From assembly GCA_963771075.1 (NCBI GenBank), contig CAVYSE010000018.1, positions 220,558 through 284,557 on the forward strand: a stretch of 64,000 bases of DNA, read 5' to 3'. Shown one piece after another: positions 58,201 through 64,000 of this stretch; within the stretch, counting starts at the first letter, position 1; each line of letters starts with the position of its first letter. Position numbers and translations under genes: made by a program. The DNA comes from a candidate division FCPU426 bacterium. GTDB lineage: Bacteria; Oederibacteriota; Muellerivitia; Muellerivitales; Muellerivitaceae. The notes beneath the pieces were generated by a model, which was not told the DNA's origin, made no database searches, and saw only the letters and a program-made list of their open reading frames with translations.

Positions 58201-58860
58201 GTCCTCAACCTCGCTACCCCGATCATTTTGGGTCCCGGTGGAATTGGTTCCTACATGGTGGACTTCAGTTTCTCCACATCGGCCCAGGGCACTTATGCCG
58301 CGGTCTTGAGTCCCACAGATGTCACCGGGGTTTTCGCCTATGGCACAGCGAACATGACGGGCGGCACCCTGACCAGCAACAACTGCGTGGTGGAGCTTGC
58401 CACAGCGACCGTCACCTCGACGCTGACCTCGGTTTGGACCGCCCTTCCACCGGCGACCGCCACGGCAACGGCCACGGCGACCTCGACCGCTTCGGCTACT
58501 TCGACAGTAACCCCGCTCCCCACGCCCACCATCACCGCGACCCTGGTTTGGACCGGTACGCCCACCTACGCGCCTAATGTGGTTATTTCGCCGCCCTATC
58601 CCAACCCCTCCCAAGGGGGACCCGTGGTGGTATCGGTGCAAGCGCCCGGTCCCATGGCTATCAAGTGGAAGATCTACACGCTTTCCTTCCGCCAAATCCT
58701 GGAAGGGGACCCGGCGCCCAGCGCCACAGCCCAGCTGGTTTGGAACTTGACGGACAAGGCCGGTGCCACCGTCTCGAACGGCCTCTACTATTGGATGGTC
58801 GAGGTCACGGGGAATGGTTCCACTACCCGGAAGGTTTATAAAGTTCTGGTCCTGAGATAA
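55255..58860 (+). CDS. GH5 glycoside hydrolase + stalk + Ig-like domain + T9SS-like CTD
   Basis: IRLPL, LLDLHW, FDLYNEP, HLY, GEYG; YPNP...NGLYYW...KVLVLR. Confidence 0.92.
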   Translation: MGLSKKIKTLSINSPTPKLAYLFGAFMLGFLWPSFSIATPQTLTVSGNQVMTSGGCPVTLRGVDIDSMEWYDSNNDPGEGPPNGSGGSILSSVQAAVTAWHVNIIRLPLNQDFWFGCGGAGAATYTGTVQSIVDYCSTNNVYVLLDLHWSGTSSTSSAPCGSGWTSATTQQPMADANAVTFWSAVAGTYKNNSAVLFDLYNEPYDSNKDGIAPVTVDTAGYGIWLNGGVLAGNSFTTPGMQALLNAVRGAGANNLCVMGGLHWCANLNGLPAASVTNLGNGVMYACHLYGNNDGNTPVSWTAEIPATLLSNYPVFAGEYGPSTSCNVTDTTYNTNIFSWLSSTSGVVGGTAWSFTTNSCPNLLSSYNPITASAWGQAVSTFLLTPVPTCGSTGGSNTYTPTRTFTSTPTLTQTPTITRSNTPTYTSTTTPTRTSTPTLTWSPTPTPTGTSTSTRTSTQTFTATGTVTASFTATLSITPSKTSTATLTSSPSVTGTSTSTIQSTPTFTNSPTRTHTVTATNTPIATGTFSPTPTATWTTTRTSTSTVTGTSTFSSTSTGTSTLTPTVSFTTTRTSTSTVTGTATSTFTSTSTVPLTLTVTNSPTLTNTVTKTTTFTSTVTGTTTFTSTTTATVTNTSTLTFTHTATSTRTPTSTSTPTVTTPPTLTFTVTETPQLSFTITESPTPTNTFTSTSTSTASPSATHTNTSTLTATYTYTPTNSTTSTATVTRTSTGTATMTRTPTSTSTSSNTATVTSTVSLTATVPFTYTPTQTSSPTPTWTLTASLTPTSSMLPTATHTASWTATATLSRTPTLTYTESVTGTPTLSYTPSLTPPFSYTPTGTPTLTDTPTATGTATSTVTPPSTYTPTPTLTTTATPTFPYTATNTPTLTSTPTFTATATSTGTPTPPNVQLAVGGSNPSGEAVLPGTANVPLLQFQLTNTGSMNVTVTSLQVSIQGGSGVTEVSLTLGSLVLGTGSLSSGTAVLNLATPIILGPGGIGSYMVDFSFSTSAQGTYAAVLSPTDVTGVFAYGTANMTGGTLTSNNCVVELATATVTSTLTSVWTALPPATATATATATSTASATSTVTPLPTPTITATLVWTGTPTYAPNVVISPPYPNPSQGGPVVVSVQAPGPMAIKWKIYTLSFRQILEGDPAPSATAQLVWNLTDKAGATVSNGLYYWMVEVTGNGSTTRKVYKVLVLR

Positions 58861-58916
58861 ACCCTTCTAACTAACTCTACTTTGGCAAATGCCTAATAGC
58901 GCGTTGCCTATGACTA

Positions 58917-59015
58917 TTCCCCCTTTGAAAAAGGGGGGAAAGGGGGGTATTAGTCGTCGTCGATGGGGTTTTAAAAAGCTAACTCCCCCTTAGTCCCCCT
59001 CTTTCAGAGGTGGAA
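58917..59015. repeat. REP-like CCCCCTTTGAAAAAGGGGG element, related to 19966-20052
   Basis: Shared AAGGGGGGAA(A)GGGGGGTATTAG...AAAAGCTAACTCCCCCTT...TCCCCCTCTTTCAGAGG. Confidence 0.75.
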
Positions 59016-59372
59016 AATTAGAACGCCCCCAAAATTTGCAAAGTCGAGTAACCAATCACAAAACCTCAAACTTTCACAGTGAAGACGCGAAGAAAAGTAA
59101 AGTTTTTTACAGATTCAAAATATGGGTTTGCTTTGTTTCGTGTCCCTGGCCCCCTTTAGCCAAAGGGCCAAAGAAATCGGGATCATACCGACCTCAATAA
59201 ATGCCTTAAAGAGGGTAGGCATGTGGTGAATTTTTAGATGTCCTGTAAGTTTTACTCCGTGTATTAGTGTCATATTGTTTTCGTGTCGGAGTGGTTTTGC
59301 CGTTGTTTGGACAGTTAGGTTGGTTTTTTTAAAAGTGATTGCTTCGATTCCTCCCCTTGTTATCCTGTCTTC

Positions 59373-60560
59373 ATGAATTCCCATGACTTGATCATCTTGG
59401 GCGCCGGGGCTGCGGGGCTCTTGTGCGCCTCCGAGGCCGCCGGGCGGGGCCTTCGGGTGCTGGTTTTGGAACAGGGCCGGCGTCCGGCTCCTAAGATCCT
59501 CGTTTCAGGCGGGGGACGGTGCAATTTCACCAACCTGAACGCCACACCCGGCAACTATGTCACCTCCAATCCTGACTTCGTGGTAACAGCTTTATCCCAG
59601 TTTTCCCCGAGGGATTTCCTGAAGCTGGTGAAGGACAGGGCCATCCCCTACCACGAAAAAAAGGACGGCCAGTTGTTTTGCGACAAGAGCGCCAAGGCCA
59701 TCCTGGATCTGCTGGTGGAACGAGCAGGCGAAAAGGGCGTGGTGACCCTGCTGAGCCAAAAGATAGAGGAAGTGAAAAAAGACGGAGGCGTGTTTATCGT
59801 CCGCTCGAACGGGGAAACCCATTCATCCTCCCGGTTAGTCGTGGCCACCGGCGGGTTGTCTTGGCCCCAGTTGGGCGCCTCGGATTTGGGGTACCAAATC
59901 GCAACCCGGTTCGGCCATAAAATTATGGAAACCCGCCCCGCGCTGGTGGGCCTCAGCTTTTCCCCGGAAGAGGCGGAACGGTTCAAGGATTTGTCGGGTA
60001 TCCACCTGAAGGTGGGTGCCTCATGCGGGGAATGGAACCTGGAAGAGGACCTAATGATCGCCCACAAGGGTTTGACCGGACCCGTCATGCTCAACGCCTC
60101 GCTTTACTGGGAGCCGGGCCAGGAGATCCTGGTCAATTGGGTCCCCGAATACAACGTGGAGAAGACCTTTTGGCAGTTAATGAAGGACAAGGCCGAAGGG
60201 GGACGGGGCAAGTTCCGGGTTTGGCTTTCCAAGCGAATTCCCAAGCGCCTGGCGGACCGGCTGGCCTGGCACGCGGGGGCCCGGGGGGCCTGGGCGACCC
60301 TGCCGGACGATAAACTGAAAAACCTGGCCCGGTTTATCCACGCTTACCGGTTTACTCCCGACGGGACTTTTGGCTACGGCATGGCGGAGGTGACCCGGGG
60401 AGGGGTGGATACCCGGGATATCTCGCCCCGAACGATGGAATCCCTCAAGGTTCCGGGGCTTTATTTCATCGGCGAGGTCCTGGACGTGACGGGCCAATTA
60501 GGGGGTTTTAATTTCCAATGGGCCTGGGCCTCGGGCTACGCGGCTGGACAATCGCTTTAG
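59373..60560 (+). CDS. HI0933/YhiN-family NAD(P)/FAD oxidoreductase
   Basis: GAGAAG, SGGGRCNFTN, ATGGLS, VTRGGV, GGFNFQWAW. Confidence 0.95.
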   Translation: MNSHDLIILGAGAAGLLCASEAAGRGLRVLVLEQGRRPAPKILVSGGGRCNFTNLNATPGNYVTSNPDFVVTALSQFSPRDFLKLVKDRAIPYHEKKDGQLFCDKSAKAILDLLVERAGEKGVVTLLSQKIEEVKKDGGVFIVRSNGETHSSSRLVVATGGLSWPQLGASDLGYQIATRFGHKIMETRPALVGLSFSPEEAERFKDLSGIHLKVGASCGEWNLEEDLMIAHKGLTGPVMLNASLYWEPGQEILVNWVPEYNVEKTFWQLMKDKAEGGRGKFRVWLSKRIPKRLADRLAWHAGARGAWATLPDDKLKNLARFIHAYRFTPDGTFGYGMAEVTRGGVDTRDISPRTMESLKVPGLYFIGEVLDVTGQLGGFNFQWAWASGYAAGQSL

Positions 60561-60742
60561 GAAAGCCGGGGTAGTCCTTGGTAAAGTTGGGGTAGAACAG
60601 GAAGAACGAAAAAAATAGCATGTATGGGCCAGTGGCCTGCGTTGTAGCTTTGATCAATAGCGGATGATCAAAAAACGCGGGTTGGCCTATCCGCATACGG
60701 AGGGCTGGACCCTGAATAATAAAAGCGCGATGGTAGGATTGG

Positions 60743-60987
60743 ATGTTTCACAAGAGCCTATGGGGTGTACGAAAAAAAATAACGACGAAGTTTCACAAAA
60801 CGAATGGGGCCCGGGACATGGGGATGTATCTTCTGGGAAAAAGAGTAGGGTTGAGTTTGAAAGAGATAGCAGTCCGGTTCGGTGTAAAATATTCAGCGGT
60901 TGGCAACCGGATAGCGATGGTAAAGAAGCGGATAGAGGGAGAAACACGGTTCAAGGCCCAGATAGATATTATAAAATGAAGACCTGA
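60743..60987 (+). pseudogene. C-terminal HTH remnant and right end of a RAYT-type element
   Basis: GLSLKEIAVRFGVKYSAVG HTH like the 487..1428 tail; followed by ATGAAGACCTGA, resembling that element's terminus. Confidence 0.6.
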
Positions 60988-61911
60988 TAACATGAAAAAG
61001 GCTGCAGAGCCTCCAAGCGTAGAGCGTCTCCACTTAAGTGGGACGAGGCTCTAGGATAAACCCAGAGTCGAAAAGGCACTCACCTTTGCAGGTGGTGCAA
61101 AACGCTTAGGAGGTGCAGCCGTGGGACAGTATATCGGAGTAGACCTACACCAGAAAACATCCTACGTCACGAGAGTGAATGAGAAAGGAAAGGTGCTGGA
61201 ACAAGTCGATCTGAAGAACGACGCGGATACTTTAAAGGCTTATTTCAAGAAGCAACCCGTGAGTAGCCAGGTCGTAGTAGAAGCCACAGGTCATTGGTAT
61301 CACTTTTACGAACTCATCGAGGATCGATTCCCCAACCTGGTATTGGCCCACCCCCAAAAGGTCAAAGCCATAGCCTCGGCCAAGATCAAGACGGATAAAA
61401 TTGATTCGGGAATCCTGGCTCAACTTTTGCGGGTGGATCTGCTGCCACGAGCCTATGTGCCACCCCGAGAGATCCGCGACTTACGGGAAATCCTTAGGTA
61501 CCGGGCTTCCCTGGTGCAATTGAGAACACAAGCCAAAAACCGGATGACTTCGGTCATGACCAAGGCGGGAATCGAACCCGTTACTAAAAACCGATTCGGA
61601 ATAAAGAACTTCCGCGAACTTGCCACGGTAGGTACCCGGCCTTGCTACCGTTTGGAACTGGACGGATATATGGAAGTAATCCGGGAACTAGGCCAAGAGA
61701 TCGCCAAATCAGAAGAGGTGATCAAGAAAATGGCAGCAGAAAGCCCGGAAGCCCAGCTGATGATGACCATGCCAGGCGTGGGTGCCTTTTCGGCTTTATT
61801 AATTTTGAGCGAGATTGGGGATATTCGCCGGTTCCCGGACGCGGAACATCTATGTTCTTATGGTGGATTGGTCCCCAGTGTTCACGCATCAGGGGGAAAA
61901 AGCCACAACGG
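60988..61911 (+). mobile_element. IS110-family element (left noncoding end + recombinase), cut off by the fold-back
   Basis: Structured leader plus DEDD recombinase; right end absent. Confidence 0.8.
61121..61911 (+). CDS. IS110 recombinase, 3'-truncated
   Basis: YIGVDLH, VVEAT, KTDKID, PGVG, SGG; sequence past ~61911 is mirrored DNA. Confidence 0.92.
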
Positions 61912-64000
61912 CCAGTTCCAAACGGTAGCAAGGCCGGGTACCCGTGGCAAGTTCACGGGAACCTCAATCGGTTTTTAGTAACGGGTTCGATTCCCGCCAC
62001 CGAAGTCATCCGGTTTTTGGTTTGTGTTCTCGATTGCACCGGGGAAAGGCAACCCGGTACCTAAGGATTTCCCGTAAGTCGCGGTTCTCGGGGTGGCACA
62101 TAGGCTCGTGGCAGCAGATCCACCCGCAAAAGTTGGCCAGGTTCCCAATCAATTTTATCCGTCTTGATCTTGGCCGAGGCTATGGCTTTGACCTTTTGGG
62201 GGTGGGCCAATACCAGGTTGGGAATCGATCCTCGATGAGTTCGTAAAAGTGATACCAATGACCTGTGGCTTCTACTACAACCTGGCTACTCAGGGTTGCT
62301 TCTTGAAATAAGCCTTTAAAGTATCCGCGTCGTTCTTCAGATCGACTTGTTCCAGCACCTTTCCTTTCTCATTCACTCTCGTGACGTAGGATGTTTTCTG
62401 GTGTAGGTCTACTCCGATATACTGTCCCACGGCTGCACCTCCTAAGCGTTTTGCACCACCTGCAAAGGTGAGTGCCTTTTCGACTCTGGGTTTATCCTAG
62501 AGCCTCGTCCCACTTAAGTGGAGACGCTCTACGCTTGGAGCTCTCCAGCCTTTTTCATGTTATCAGGTCTTCATTTTATAATATCTATCTGGGCCTTGAA
62601 CCGTGTTTCTCCCTCTATCCGCTTCTTTACCATCGCTATCCGGTTGCCAACCGCTGAATATTTTACACCGAACCGGACTGCTATCTCTTTCAAACTCAAC
62701 CCTACTCTTTTTCCCAGAAGATACAGCCCCATGTCCCGGGCCCCATTCGTTTTGTGAAACTTCGTCGTTATTTTTTTTCGTACACCCCATAGGCTATTGT
62801 GAAACATCCCAATCTTACCATCACGCTTTAATTATTCAAGTTGCGGCCTGCGTATGCGGATAGGCCAACCCGCGTTTTTTGATCATCCGCTATTGATCAA
62901 AGCTACGACGCAGGCCATATGGCCCATTGCGTATTTCTATTTTTTTCGTTCTTACTGATGTACCCAACTTTACCAAGGACTACCCCGGGCTTGCCTAAAG
63001 CGATTGTCCGGCCCGGCGTAGCCCGTTAGGCCCAGGCCCATTGGAAATTAAAACCCCTAACTGGCCCGTCACGTCCAGGACCTCGCCGATGAAATAAAGC
63101 CCCGGGTTGAGGGATTCCATCATTCGGGGCGAGATATCCCGGGTATGAGCGCTACCCGGGTCACCTCCGCCATGCCGTGGAACCCCCGTGGGAGTAAACC
63201 GGTAAGCGTGGATAAACCGGCCCGTTTTTCAGTTTATCGTCCGGGCAGGGTCCCCGGGCCCCGCTGCTAGGCCAGCCGGTCCGCCAGGCGCTTGGGAATT
63301 CGCTTGGAGAGCCAAACCCAGAACCCATCCTTCGGCTTGTCCTTTTCATTAACTGCCAAAAGGTCTTCTCCACGTTGTATTCGGGGACCCAATTGACCAG
63401 GATCTCCTGGCCCGGCTCCCAGTAAAGCGAGGCATTGAGCATGACAGGGTCCGGTCAAACCCTTGTGGGCGATCATTAGGTCCCCTCTTCCAGGTTCCAT
63501 TCCCCACATAGAGGCACCCACCCTTCAGGTGGATACCACACAAAACATAAACCGTTCCGCCTCTTCCGGGAGAAAGCTTGAGGCCCACCAGCGCGGGGCA
63601 GGTTTGCCCATAATTTTATGGCCGAACCGGGTTGCGATTTGGTACCCCAAACCAAGGTTTCACCAAGCTGGGGCCAAGACAACCCGCCGGTGGCCACGAC
63701 TGACCGGGAGGAGTGAGAGTGGGTTTCCCCGTTCCGAGCGGACGATAAACACGCCTAGGCTGGCTTTTTTCGCTTCCTCTATCTTTTGGCTCAGCAGGGT
63801 CCTCACGCCCACTTTCAGCCTGCTCGTTCCACCAGCAGATCCAGGATGGCCTTGGCGGGGTTATCGCAAAACAACTGGCCGTGCCTTTTTTTCGTGGTAG
63901 GGGATGGCCCTGTCCTTCACCAGCTTCAGGAAATCCCTCGGGGAAAACTGCAAATAAGGCTGTTACCGCGAAAATCAGGTTGGGAAATAACTGAGATGGT
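61912..64000 (-). other. Error-rich inverted copy of ~59560-61661 (probable fold-back artefact)
   Basis: Continuous reverse-complement match with many small indels, running to the window end. Confidence 0.9.

Noticed and set aside
62061..63900. Second copies of the IS110, HTH and oxidoreductase genes
   Set aside because: Fragments within the fold-back copy.
1..64000. rRNA, tRNA, prophage or integrase genes
   Set aside because: None recognised by eye; a tRNAscan/Infernal run would be needed to exclude small RNAs fully.

Overview
A 64-kb bacterial chromosomal segment with three parts. (1) Positions 1-16.2 kb form a visibly AT-rich accessory/defence region. It holds a RAYT-type HUH transposase with terminal inverted repeats, a PD-(D/E)XK nuclease, Zn-finger/NDT-like and DUF2971-like genes, an IS21 element, a PIN-TM-HTH protein, a large type IIG R-M enzyme, a PIN toxin module, a Fic protein and a helicase gene remnant. 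(2) Positions 16.4-60.6 kb are GC-rich. They carry an unusual ParB-HTH-membrane protein filled with in-frame repeats and hairpins, an IS1595-type MITE, envelope genes, gltA, adk, an ACAD/ETF-QO/ETF operon, an IS200-type tnpA, PilZ and HPr. Three large secreted glycoside hydrolases (GH9, GH44, GH5) share long Thr-rich stalks and a T9SS-like C-terminal domain. An ORF-less unit at ~40.73-41.17 kb has a sigma28-type promoter, three covarying structured repeats and a terminator; it is the best candidate novel element. (3) Positions 60.7-64 kb contain a RAYT remnant whose terminus appears interrupted by an IS110. From ~61912 onward the sequence is an error-rich reverse-complement copy of ~59560-61661, most likely a long-read fold-back artefact. 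All family calls come from motif recognition by eye; no database search was run.
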